Shown here: in pieces, positions 39,190 through 51,080 of the stretch | Numbering within the stretch: position 1 is the first letter of the stretch | Layout of the letters: every line of letters begins with the position of its first letter | Assembly: GCA_030264375.1 (NCBI GenBank) | Contig: JASCQW010000122.1 | Coordinates: 27,226,859-27,290,858, forward strand | DNA length: 64,000 bases | Origin: Carcharhinus longimanus | Lineage: Eukaryota | Direction: 5' to 3' | The notes under the pieces: generated by a model | Database searches by the model: none | What the model was told of the DNA's origin: nothing | What the model saw: only the letters and a program-made list of their open reading frames with translations | Program-made: the position numbers and the translations under genes

Positions 39190-40140
39190 GAACCCACATG
39201 GATCACCGCTTGGGTCCCAGATATTCACAATATCAATGATTTGGATCAGGGAACCAAATGTAAGATTTCCAAGTTGGCTGACGACAAAACCTGGTGGGAA
39301 TGTGAATGATGGAAGGGTGTTAAGAGGCTTCAAGTTGAGCGATTGGGCAAATATATGGCAGATGCACTACAACATGGATAAATGAGAAGTTATCCACTTT
39401 GGGAGGAAAAAGAGAAAGGCAGAGTATTATTTAAACGATTGATTGGGGAATGTTGACGTACAAAGAGGCTTGGGTGTCCTTGTACACCAGTCACTGAAAG
39501 TGAGCATGCAGCTACAACAAACAGTTAGGAAAGCAAATGGTATGTTGATCTTCATTGCAGGAGGACTTGAGTCCAGGAACATGCATTTATTATTGCAGCT
39601 GCAAAGGGCCTTGGTGAGACCACACCTAGTGTGTGCAGTTTTGGTCTCCTTACTTAAGGAAGGCTGTAATTCCACAGAGGGATGGCAGCGAAAATTCGCC
39701 AGGCTGGATCCTGAGGTGGCAGGATTGTTGTATGGAGAGAGATTGGGTTGATTGGGCCTGTGTTCACCGGAGAAAGAGGATCTCACTGAAACGTATAAAA
39801 CGCTGACAGGGCTGGACAGACTGGATGCAGTGATGTTATTTCCTGTTTTGGGGAGAGGGTGGGGTGTCTAGAACAAGGTGTCAGTGTACGGGATACATCA
39901 TTTAGGACTGAGATAAGGAGAAATCTCTTTACTCAGAGGGTGGTGAACCTGTGGACTTCTCAGCTACAAGGAGGCTGTGGAGGCCAAATCACTGATTATA
40001 CTGATGGAAACAGATAGATTTCTAAACTCTAAAGATGGGCAGGAGTATAGCGTGGAGATAGGGGGCTGATTATCTATGGTCATATCGAATGGGGAGCAGG
40101 CTCGAAGGGCCAAATGACCCACTCCAACACCTATTTTTTA
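39190..40140 (+). mobile_element. CR1 LINE 3' portion in a DNMT1 intron
   Basis: ORF 39443-39751: QRGLGVLVHQSLKVSMQLQQTVRKANGML..LVRPHL. CR1 tail gaatggggagcaggctcgaagggccaaatg. Confidence 0.88.
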
Positions 40141-40344
40141 ACTTAATGATTCTGGTGATTATACTGACCATAATAAAAATATCAGAAATGTTGAATTTTT
40201 ATTGATGTTTTAATTTTTCTTGATTAAACACTGCATCAAATATGTAGTTTTCCAAATCCATCAGGCTCTGTAAAAACAGAGTCTGAATGCTCAGCTACTC
40301 ATTTGATTAACAGAAACTCTCCTCCCACCCCTCTGCAAACTAAC

Positions 40345-40479
40345 CTGCCTGATGGAATCCCTCGGAGAGCCCCCCACAACCCGAGAAAACATCAAGGCTG
40401 CGCAGTTTCTCCAGCTTGTCGTCAGTAACCGCTGGTTCTGCTTGCTCGGGCTCAGCCGTGGGTTTCCCCTTTCCTTTAC
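40345..40479 (-). CDS. DNMT1: DNMT1 internal exon (GK linker end, methyltransferase motif I), 135 nt
   Basis: [45 protein letters not shown](G), containing the FxGxG SAM-binding motif. Acceptor ttgcag|, donor cag|gttag. Confidence 0.95.
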
Positions 40480-40829
40480 CTGCAAGCAAAAAAATGCATT
40501 AAAGACACAAAACTCTCCCCTCAAACACCCAAAGTCCCAACCTACCCTGGGTTCACAATGCATTCAAATCTGTACAAGCATAGACTTTTCTCTTTGATCC
40601 ATTTACTTTTATGAGAACTCATTTATTGACCAAGTGGCTGTTTCTTGGTGTGTGGAAGCTTACACCACCAAGACACTGTCAGCCTATTTGACTACAGAAC
40701 TATTAAAAACCTCATGAGGCATCAGAGACCAACACCACAATTTCTCTTCAATATCCACATTTTATTCCAACTGATTTACAAGAGGGACAGACAACCTGGG
40801 CCAGTTATTGCACAAAAAAAAATCAACCA

Positions 40830-41231
40830 AGTCTATGAACTACAAAGGGTCATGAACATAGCCCAGTCCATCACGCAAACCAACCACTGGCTCCATCGAC
40901 ACCTTGGAAAAGCAGTCAGCATAATCAAGGACCCCAGCACTCCAGACGTTCTCCCTTCCACCTTCTTCCATTAGGAAAAAGATACAAAAATGTGAGGTCA
41001 CGTACTAACTGACTCAAGAAAAGCTTCTTCTCCGCTGCTGTCAGACTTTTGAATGGACCTACCTTGCATTAAGCTGATCTTTCTCTACACACTCGCTGTG
41101 ACTGTAACATTACATTCTGCACTCTCTCCTTTCCTTCTGTATGATCAGTATGTTTTGTCTGTATAGCATGCAAGAAACAATACTTTTTACTGTATACTAA
41201 TGCACGTGACAATAATAAATCAAATCAAATA
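40830..41231 (+). mobile_element. Rex1/Babar-like LINE 3' end
   Basis: Encodes FHLLPLGKRYKNVRSRTN*LKKSFFSAAVRLLN. Tail gtgacaataataaatcaaatcaaat. A second copy lies at 49110-49592. Confidence 0.7.
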
Positions 41232-41376
41232 AACCCACCAATCACCCCATGTTAAATGCTGCAGCTGATGTGATTGAGTACAGACAGAAGACTAGACCAG
41301 GACTCTCTGATCTGTCACACTGAGCAAAGCTATTTAGAAATGCCACGATGGCCAGTAATGCCCAAACACCATTTAC

Positions 41377-41467
41377 CTTTGCCTTTCCCTTTGCCCTTGC
41401 CTTTGTTTCCTGAGCTGCGGGCACGATTTGGTGGATCCTCGTAGCTTTTTAACTTAGCATTGTAGGC
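41377..41467 (-). CDS. DNMT1: DNMT1 internal exon (end of BAH2, start of GK linker), 91 nt
   Basis: [30 protein letters not shown](G). Acceptor tctcag|, donor aag|gtaaa. Found by manual translation; this frame is not in the ORF track. Confidence 0.94.
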
Positions 41468-42107
41468 CTGAGAATTACAAAGAGATTAGACAATTCAGGG
41501 ATCTTAAATAGAACCAAAAATGTTTTGTTATTCCAGACTAATCAAAAATATCTTTAAGCTGGAATTCTTCAGTGGGTAACTCAATATCAGTAAAACAAAC
41601 ACGTTTTAGCCTGGGGGACAACTGGCTCCTGCACCTTTGAATCAGCTGAGACGTTCACTTGTTAAGAACAGAAAACTCACTGTGCAAGTGGATTGTATGA
41701 CGTGGTAGCGTGTGCCACACAAACCACGTGTACCCAAGCTTCGATCACCACCACCCCTCCCTCCCCCAACCAGTCCACGCTGAATGAGCAATCTGAGCCA
41801 GACCATGAGTGGGATCACTGTAACCAGCCTCTCTGATCAGAGTAGGTGCCTTGTCTCAGCATCTTTGGTGATCCTCTATTGAAAAAAGGTATTCTGGGGA
41901 TATGAAAAAGAAGGACTCGCACTTCTGTATCGCCCTTCATATCCTCAGAGCGCCCCAAAGCACCTCACAGTTAATTATTTTTGAAATGTAGGAAACACAG
42001 CAGCCACTTAGCACAGAATAAAATAAATGACCATCTCCTTTACAAAATGTTTTTGTTGAGAGGTTAACATAGTCCAGAACCACCTGGAGAATTCTCCTCT
42101 TTTTCTC

Positions 42108-42388
42108 ATGGGATCCTACAGTGCCGAAGGAGGCCATTCAGCCCATCGAATCTGCACCAACCACAATCCCACCCAGGCCTAATCCCTGTAACCCCATGCA
42201 TTTACATTGCTCATCTCCCTGGCACTGAGGGCCAAGTTAGCATGACCAATTCACCTGACCCACACATCTTTAGACTGTGGGAGGCAACTGGAGCACCCGG
42301 AGGAAACCCACACAGACAGTGGCCCAAGCTGGGAATCGAACTCGGGTCCCTGGAGCTGTGAGGCAGCAGTGCTAACCACTGTGCAGCC
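42108..42388 (-). mobile_element. tRNA-derived SINE (tail type A) nested in an older SINE-like repeat (about 41900-42480)
   Basis: Reverse-complement SINE head at 42330-42388 and CR1-like tail at 42108-42150. Confidence 0.85.
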
Positions 42389-42732
42389 TAATAGTACCAC
42401 AGAGTCTCTTACATCCACCTGAGAAAGCAGACAGGGGCCCAGTTTAACTCTCAGCTAATGAAAGACAGTACTTGGCTGGGACAGAGAACTCAGCCAATGA
42501 GAAGGAAACAACGATTATAAGTCTGTTACTGAGTCTTCCTGACAAATCCCCACCCCCACCATCGTACAAACTGTGCTTTGCAAATTCATTCTCAACAACC
42601 TGAGGATTAGTTCACAAATTAAAGATGGGATTTGTAACAGGTGGCAGAAGACCACTATACACACCCATTGAAAATGAGTTACAACCAATTGTGGCACAGG
42701 CTATGTAGACTGATGGTTCAAAATAGTCTAAC

Positions 42733-42925
42733 CTCCAGGAAATAGAATCGGTCAGGCCCTCCAGCAGAATATTCCTGAATGGACACAGTGAGATCCTCCC
42801 CATACTCCACAGTACAACGGCCCTGAACATCTTTGAAGTCCACAACCACTTCCTCGTCACTCCAGTACAACAAGTTGATATCAGTGTGGTAACTGGCTTT
42901 AAGACCCTTGTGTGTGTTCTCAGCC
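42733..42925 (-). CDS. DNMT1: DNMT1 internal exon (BAH2 domain), 193 nt
   Basis: (R)[64 protein letters not shown]. Acceptor ttccag|, donor gag|gttag. Phase-compatible with both neighbours. Confidence 0.96.
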
Positions 42926-43189
42926 CTGGAAGAAACAATTCCCAATCAGCGGCAGCAGTAAAAAAGCACATCTCAAACCCAATGGAAAATGGAACTCTTG
43001 CCCAAACCAGGCGATACATGCATTTAGTCAAATTAATTCCCAAGGTTTGGGATGCCCACTTGGAAGCACTGACCACAATCTGGACTGACAGACTATGGCA
43101 GCTGCAAGGTATTACTGCCATCCTTGGACAATAATCCAAAGCCCCAGACTATCTGTGCAGGCAGAGCCTGCAGATCCCAAAGCACTATT

Positions 43190-43345
43190 CAAAGAGTCTT
43201 CGCTCGAGCTCTGACAAAGAATCATCCAGACTTGAAACACTGGCTCTATTCTCTCTCCACAGATGCTGTCAAACCTGCAGAGATTTTCCAGCATTTCATG
43301 TTTTCATTTCCAATTCCAGCATCCACAGTAATTTGCTTTCAACTA
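43190..43345. mobile_element. Penelope-like terminal fragment
   Basis: ctctgacaaagaatcatccagacttgaaacactggctctattctctctccacagatgctgtcaaacctgcagagattttccagc. Confidence 0.7.
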
Positions 43346-43479
43346 TTCAAAACAGTAGTGTGTCTGATTTTTCACATAATCAACACCAAACTGGTTTCAA
43401 TCTGCTTTTTACACTCTTACTATATAAATAGTGGATTCTGCATTTGCCAACACAAAAGTCCGCACACATCAAAAGAACC

Positions 43480-43715
43480 TGGCTGAAGAAACTAGAGATC
43501 AGGAGCCACAGTCACAGGATAAGGCGTCAGCCATCTCGCACTGACATGAGGAAACATTTCACAACTCAGGGGAATGTGAATATTTGGATCTCTACTCAGA
43601 GCTTTGGATGTTCAGTCATTGAGTACATTAAACAACAACTTGATTGACTTCTGAGCACAAAGGGAGTTAGGGTATGATGGGATGCAAGGAAAATGCTCCT
43701 TCTGTCCTTATGTTA
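43480..43715 (+). mobile_element. CR1 3' fragment
   Basis: LEIRSHSHRIRRQPSRTDMRKHFTTQGNVNIW resembles the CR1 ORF2 end (TRGH..K..F.T..R..FF.QRVV..WN). Confidence 0.65.
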
Positions 43716-44497
43716 AAGCAAAGCCCCAGACAGAGAAAATGAGGCAATGAATTTTTAAACATAGAACTTCTCTCACTCCAGGAGAAGTGAGCACCTGGAG
43801 AAGGGGACAACCTAGTCTGTTAAATACTGCTTTCCTATCTCCCTGTAACAGTGGAGTGAAAGGAATCTGCTGGGGACTCAGGCCATGATTTCTGCTCTCC
43901 TGTCATGATAAAACAAGCAAGAAAGGAGGAGCTGGAGAAAAGGGAACTGGAGAGAGAATCAGATGTAATCGGCCTTCAGTGTAGGAAAGTCTCTCAGCCA
44001 AAGGGAAAAACCCAATTAACATTCAAATTTTGGGATGGCTGGAGCCTAACTCACTCCAATTATAAACTACCATTCTTGATTTTGCCCTTTGTGAGAATTT
44101 GTGGGAACTTAATCCTCACGATTGGCAGGATTTTACTGTATGGATTTGTTAAGGTGATAAACTATCTTCTTACGCTTGGAGGCAGGCAAACAGCCTGCTC
44201 CTGAGCAGGTGCAAAAATCTAATTACCTCTTAGATGATTTTTGACATGACAAACCTACTTCATACTCTTTTAAAATCAGAGAAAAACTCTGCCTAAATGA
44301 TGCGCCCATCATTTAGGCAGGATTCAAATATAAATGGCAGGCTTGGAGGGCTGAAGGGCCTGTCCCTGTGCTGTTCTTTGTTCTCTGCATTGCCACATCA
44401 GTATTTTCATCAACTATTTTAGCTACTGATGAACGAACACAAACTCATTACTAAACTGAGACTGTGAACACTTACTGCAACTTGGGATCCTACTCAC

Positions 44498-44722
44498 CTG
44501 TAGAATTTATTGATGCGCAGCTTAATATCTGCTTCATTAGGTTTGCCATTGCTACGTTTGTGACAGAAGATTTCTTGAATGCGGCCAATTCGGAATGGGT
44601 CGGGCGCGTCCAAGTTGCTGCCTTTGATATAATCGGAGGATTTGCGGTAATATTCAGGATAAAGGTCTTCATTCACGTCATCTTTCTTGATTGGCCGCTT
44701 GCCAGGACTGGACGGTTTCACA
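44498..44722 (-). CDS. DNMT1: DNMT1 internal exon (BAH2 domain), 225 nt
   Basis: Translates [75 protein letters not shown], which closely matches vertebrate DNMT1 BAH2. Acceptor tccttcag|, donor cag|gtgag. Confidence 0.96.
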
Positions 44723-45321
44723 CTGAAGGAATCCAAGGACAGAAAGTTATTGGTGAACCAGATTGAGAATATCTTCAAATTAATTTAAACCCCTGATCTT
44801 CCAATCTGAATTTCTTCCTTTGGTCTGGTTTCACGCATCTTACATCTACTGTCTAATGAAACAAACCAGTGAATGACTGTGTCTTAATCACCACCACACG
44901 CCTCTGAACATTAACTGCATTTGAATAGGATTGAGAAAATACTTAGAAAAGTTAATAGATTCAAAAAGAATGGCCCCGATTCACTTGGACTCCAATGGCT
45001 TCATGCCACCCTGCACCCGTATCACAATTTGTGCCAATAATTTTCTCCCCAAAAGTTTGAATTGCTGATGGCACAGCTCCAATTCTTCCATCACCTACCC
45101 ACACGGTCCCTCCTGGGTTTATGGCCGAGTCCTGTTTATTCAATCACGAGGAGTGAACCCACACACTTTCTACCAAGGTGGCACATTACTGGTGAATTTT
45201 TGGAGATACTAATTTTAGGTCTGGAACTGCGAGCAAGCCCTTAGCATGGATTCAGGCTAATTCTAAAACCCTTTGGTACAAGTTCAGAACTGCATATGCA
45301 GTGCCATTTACTGATTGATAT

Positions 45322-45750
45322 CTAGGGGATTTTCACAGTAACTTCATTGCAGTGCTGATGTAAGTCTACTTGTGACACTAATAAATAAATTTTAAATCAG
45401 GTCAGTATATTTAAAAAAGAAACTGGGTTTAGAAAAAATACCCCAATCATTCTCTTGATGTCAACGTTGGTTTCCCCGGTTTCCTCCCACTGACTGAGAG
45501 ACTTGCTGATTAGGGTGCATTGGCCATGCTAGATTCTCCCTCAGTGTATGTGAACAGGCGCCAGAGTGTGGCAACTAGGGGATTTTCACAGTAACTTCAC
45601 TGCAGTGTTAATGTAAGCCTACTTGTGACACTAATAAATATATAATCAGGTACACCCTCAGTGTACCTGACCAGGCACCGGTGGTGACCAGGGGATTTTC
45701 ACAGTCTCAGTGTTAATGTAAGGCTACATGTGATGCTAATAAATAAAGAC
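45322..45750 (+). mobile_element. Three same-orientation SINE tail-B fragments
   Basis: aggggattttcacagt...gt(g/t)aatgtaag..tac.tgtga..ctaataaata recurs at about 45322-45392, 45466-45640 and 45651-45750. Confidence 0.85.
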
Positions 45751-46084
45751 ATTTCACAAGTAATGGCTTTATATCTCAAATTCACCATTGCTTTACTCAC
45801 CAATGCGCTGATGAGCTGGATTCTTTGTGTCTGGTTGTATCTACAATCATGTCTCACTATTTCCTTCTCTGTCCCAGATGTTTGCCTTACGCTATGTTTG
45901 GACTTAGCCAAGCTGAGGTACTTAAAAGTTGCCTCAAATAAATTCAAGTAGAATGTCAGTCACAAAATTGGCAACTAACTATCATAACAGTAATGCTATC
46001 CCTTCATCGAATAACATTTCTATCTAAGGCCTATATCCAAAAGTGTTTGCTTTTTGACAAATGTCTGTTTAAATGTCTCAGATT

Positions 46085-46988
46085 CCATAAGACCATAAGA
46101 CATAGGAGCAGAGTTAGGCCACTCAGCCCATCAAGTTTGCTCCGCCATTCAATCGTGGCTGATATTTTTCTCATCCCCATTCTCCAGCCTTTTCCACATA
46201 ACCCCTGATCCCCTTATTAATCAAGAACCTATCTATTGCTGTCTTAAAGACACTCAATGACCTGGCCTCCACAGCCTTCTGCGGCAAGGAGTTCCACAGA
46301 TTCACACTCTCTGGCTGAAGAAACTCCTCCTCTTCTGTTTTAAAAGATCGTCCCTTTAGCCTGAGGTTGTGCCCTCTGGTTCTAATTTTTCCTATCAGTA
46401 GAAACATCCTCTCCACATGCACTATATCCAGGCCTCGCAGTATCCTGTAAGTTTCATTAAGATCCCCCCTCTCATCCTTCTAAACTCTAACGAGTACAAA
46501 CAGAGTGTCCTCAACCATTCCTCATTCAAACAAGCTCTTCATTACAGGGGTCATTCTTGCGAACCTTCTCTGGACCTTTTCCAAAGTCAGCACATCCTTC
46601 CTGAGATTGGGGCCCAAAACTGCTCACAATATTCCAAATGGGGTCTGACTAAAGCCTTATAAAGCCTCAGAAGTACATCCCTGCTCTAGTCCTCTTGACA
46701 CTGCATCTGCCTTCCTAACTGCTGGCTGAACCTGCACGTTAACCTTAAGAGAATCTTGAAACATGACTCAAGTCTCTTTGTGTTTCTGATTTCCGAAGCA
46801 TTTTCCCATTTAGAAAACAGTCTATGCCTGCATTCTGCCTTCCAAAGTGCATAACCTCACACTTTTGCACATTGTAATCCATCTGCCACTTCTTTACCCG
46901 CTCTCCCAAACTGTCCAAGTCCTTCTGCAGCCCCTCTACTTCCTCAATACTACCTGTCCCTCTGCATACCTTTGTAGCATCTGCAACC
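46085..46988 (-). mobile_element. CR1 LINE 3' portion
   Basis: Tail cataagaccataagacatagg. Minus ORF 46171-46422: RTRGHNLRLKGRSFKTE..VNLWNSLPQKAVEA. Confidence 0.9.
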
Positions 46989-47367
46989 TTTTGTAAATCT
47001 ATGCCCTCTAGCTTTAGACTTCCCCTACCTTTGGGAAAAGATATTGACTATCTAGTTGATCTATGCCCGTCATTATTTTATAGACCTAGTGTCTGAAGAG
47101 TTGTGCATGGCTGCAGGGAACAGGTGAGGAAGTAGGACGAGGTGGGTTCCTCTTGCAGCGATCCAGCAGGAAAATGATCGCCCAGATTGGCCTCCTTCTG
47201 ATCTATAACTGTTCTACCATTTGAATATGTACGGCCTACATTTCACTAAATCTAAAATGCAGCCATAAGATACTGGCCCACACTAATGAGTTAGTATTAA
47301 AATCAAGAATAAACTACACAGAAGATTGCGTGCATGCTTTTCCACATGAATTGTCAAAACTAGATAA

Positions 47368-47383
47368 CCAACAGAGGGCGACA
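47368..47383 (+). promoter_or_regulatory. Possible CTCF-binding motif
   Basis: ccaacagagggcgaca resembles the CCASCAGRGGGCRC core. Motif match only. Confidence 0.25.
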
Positions 47384-47459
47384 CCAAGTGGTCATCCAGC
47401 ATAGCAACATATAGCCCCATGGGAAAACTAGAGCTAACCTGAGGTAATCTCGAACACCA

Positions 47460-48520
47460 AAATAAAAGCAAATTTCTGTGGATGCAGGAATCTGAGACAA
47501 AAACAGAAGATGCTGGAAAACCTCAGCAGGTCTGACAGCAACTGTGGAGAGAGAAAAAGGCCAATGTTTTGAGTCAAGATGACCCTTTGTCAGAGTCGAA
47601 GATAATAAAAAAAAGGAGGATTGACCAAGATGTCGTCGACAAAAAGACAAAGGGAATGTAAGTGGTGGTGGCTAAGAAGGGTGCTGATAGCAGTGGCACA
47701 TTCAGAGATCAGAATGTGTAACTGACAGGACGAAAGTAAGCAGTGTCAAAGGACAAGCTGAGACATGTAACAGATGACCCTTGAGGACTGAGGGTGAGAG
47801 GACCATAGTGAGTGGAAAAAGATGGAAACCAAGGTTTTAATAAAGTGGAAAAATGACATAACAGAAGAAATAAAAATACTTTTTAAAAAACAGATAAAAT
47901 AAAATGAAACAAAATAAAATATATAGAAATGCAGAGGAGAGTTTATGCTCTGAAGTTGTTGAATTCAATGTTCAGTCTGGAAAAAGTGCCTAATCGGAAG
48001 ATGAGGTGCTGTTCCTCCAGTTTACATTGGGCTTCACTAGAACATTGCAACTTGTCAAGGGCAGACATATGGACACGAGAATAGGGTAGTGTGTTGAAAT
48101 TGCAAGCGACAGGAAGGTCCGAGTCCTTCTTGCACATAGACCGAATATGTTCTGTAAAGCAGTCACGCAGTCTGCATTTGGTCTCTCCGATGTAGAGTAG
48201 ATCACATTGGGAGCAGTGAATGCAATAAATCAGCTTGAAGGAGGTGCACTTGATGCACTGCTTCACTTGAAAGGGATGCTTAGGCCTTGGATGGTGAGCA
48301 GGGGAGAGATAAAGGACAGACGTCACACCTACAATTGCATGGGAAGATGCTGTGCGAAGATGCATGGGGAGATGTTGGATGTGATGGAGGAGTGGACCGA
48401 GATATCCTGGGGGAAACAGTCCCTGCAGAATGCTGACAGGGTGAGTAAGAGGAAGATGCATTTGGTGGTGGCATCGTGGCACAGGTGCAGTCAGACCTAC
48501 CAAGATTTTCTAGCATTTTC
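47460..48520 (-). mobile_element. Penelope-like element, 5'-truncated, with GIY-YIG endonuclease ORF
   Basis: ORF 47943-48503: CTSFKLIYCIHCSQCDLLYIGETKCRLRDCFTEHIRS...EEQHLIFRLGT..LN (GIY-YIG signature). Terminal sequence at 47460-47600, with a short inverted terminal piece at about 48491-48520. Confidence 0.88.
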
Positions 48521-49109
48521 TGCTTTTGTGATCTCGGACACCTTCTGCCTCAAGGTTGGCATTGGCAAAGAAAATGAAAAAATAAAAATTTTATATCCAC
48601 AGAAGCTTTCATACCTTTGGGATGTCCCAAAGCACTTCCCAGATAATAGATCATTGTACTGAAGTTCTGCAACTGTTATGTAGACAAAAACGGCAGAAAG
48701 CTTGAGCACAGCAAAGCTCTACAAAAAGATTATCTTTTAAATTGTTCATTAATGGGGTGCGGGTGTCACTGGTTAAGCCATTGTTTGTTGCCCATTCCTA
48801 ACTGCCTTCGGGAAGATGATGCTGCGCTGTCTTCTTGAGCCACTGCTCACTGTGGGGAGTAGGGGCCATCCAGTGCCGCTAGGAATGACCAGCTAGCTTG
48901 TTTCTGGTGGCGTCTTTAACAACAAGAATGTGACACCAGCGTGCAATGGGATCATGCACATCCACCTGAGCGGGCAAGAATGACCTTAGTTTAATATTGC
49001 ATCCAAACCTCTAACAATACAGCATCAAACGTCACAATAGGTTACTGTTCACAATGCAGAGTAAGAATGGAAGCCTTGACCTCCTGAATCTCTGCTAGTA
49101 TCTGAGCCA

Positions 49110-49592
49110 AATTAACATAGAAAGCATTCTTTTTTGTTACCGCAGCTTGATATAGCTCCTGCTCTGCCCAAGACAACAAGAAACTACAAAAGTTTGTAGT
49201 CGCGAATGTAGCTAAATCCATCATGCAAACCAGCCTCCCATTCACTGACTCTGTCTACGCTTCCTACTGCCTCGGAAAAGCAGCCAGCATAATTGAGGAC
49301 ACACACACCCCGGACATTCTCTCTTCCACCTTCTTCCGTGGGGAAAAGGATACAAAAGTTTGAGGTCACATTCCAACCGACACAAGAACAGCTTCTTCCC
49401 TGCTACCATCAGACTTTTGAATGGATCCACCTCGCACTAAGTTGATCTTTCTCTACACCCTAGTTATGACTGTAACACTACATTCTGCACTCTCGTTTCC
49501 CTCTCTCTGAATGGTATGCTTTGTCTGTGTAGTGCGCAAGAAACAATACTTTTCACTGTATACCAATACATGTGACAATAATAAATCAAATT
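49110..49592 (+). mobile_element. Rex1/Babar-like LINE 3' end
   Basis: Paralogous to 40830-41231: HSLFHLLPWGKGYKSLRSHSNRHKNSFFPATIRLLN. Tail gtgacaataataaatcaaat. Confidence 0.72.
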
Positions 49593-50873
49593 AAGAACTG
49601 AAAGGAACTTGCCCAGTTCTCGGAACCGCAAGCAAATACAATAGAAGACTTGTATGATTCACAATCCAAAACTCTGAATGATCATGCCCTTGTTAAAAAA
49701 AATGGCAAAACTGAGTTACTGCATATCAAGAGGATTTTCATGTTTAAGGCTGGACGCATTCCCTTGTGTACATTTTTTTCAACATGAAAAGATGCCCTGG
49801 GATAAAATATTAATTATGCAGATTGCAATTAGCTTCATGTGTCTATATATTGGATTTATCTACCCATCAGAAGATGACTTGTGCAAATTAATCCATGTAG
49901 TTGAAAACATAAAGCTTCAAAAGCCTTTCAAGCATAGATGACGTACAGGCCAAACACAGCAGGTTGCATCATTTATACACACTACGCCACTCACGATGTG
50001 CAATTTTAACATATTAGGAATTGCTTACTGTGATCATTCGTTCATGGGATAGTTTAGTTAAAACTATCTATTTTCAAAAAAAAACAAAATCTTCTGGAAT
50101 GTTTGCAATCCCATGGCCATAGGGATTCAGTTAGCATGATAACTGAATTTTTAAAACAAATACAAATTGTCTTGTAGAAGAAAAATGAGATCCAAGTTTA
50201 TGCCAGTGTTAATACAGTGATGAGTGGTTACAACAATACAAGATGATATTTAGTGTCTCCACTTACCATTCAACTGGCCGTTTTTTACGAAGCATGAATT
50301 TTAAACACAGAAGGTTGATCTGCTTGTTCTGGAGCACAAGTCTTTGGTACTATTGCCAAAATATTATCAGGGCCTTTGTAGGTTTTTGCACCCTCCAGTG
50401 CCTTTAGCTATTTCTCAATATCATTGGCTGAATCAAATTATCCAAAGTCTGGCACGTCTGATGTGGGGATCTCAGGAGGAGATCAAGGAGCATTACTCAC
50501 TCAGCACGTCTGGGTGGGTGCAAAGCTGCAGCCTTGTCTTTTGCACTCATGTGCAGGGCTCCTCCAATATTGAGGATGGAGATATTTGTGGAGTCTCTTC
50601 CTCCAGTGAGTTATTTAATTATCCATCACCATACATGAATAGGTATGGCAGGAGTGCAAAGATTAGATCTGGTCCGTTGGCTGTGGAATCACTTAACTCT
50701 ATCTATCTCGTGCAGCTTGTGCTGTTTGGCACTTAGATAGGTGTATCTGAGTGTAACTTCAACGTGGTGTAATTTCACCAAGTTGACAACATGTTTTTAG
50801 GTATGCATGATGCTGCTCCTGGCATACCTTCCTGCGCTCCTCATTGAACCAGGGCTAAATTTCACACAGAACA

Positions 50874-51080
50874 GGGTCTGTGTGGAGTTTGCACGTTCTT
50901 CCTGTGTCTGTGTGGATTTCCTCCGGGTGCTCCTCCTATGAGAGGAAACTGGAGCACTTGGAGGAAACTCATGCAGACACAGAGGTAACTTGCAGACTCC
51001 ACACAGACAGTGACCCAAGCCAGGGATCAAACCTGGGTTGCTGGCACTGTGAGGCAGCTATGCTAACAACGGTGCCACCT
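50874..51080 (-). mobile_element. SINE 5' half with an inverted duplicate of its body
   Basis: Minus-strand SINE head at 51010-51080. 50874-50930 is an imperfect reverse complement of about 50951-51008. Confidence 0.8.

Noticed and set aside
49042-49245. Minus ORF containing LAEIQEVK, superficially like the missing upstream DNMT1 exon (LAEMRQKE)
   Set aside because: It lacks the CxSC and YRVGDGVY motifs and mostly overlaps the antisense strand of a Rex1-like LINE.
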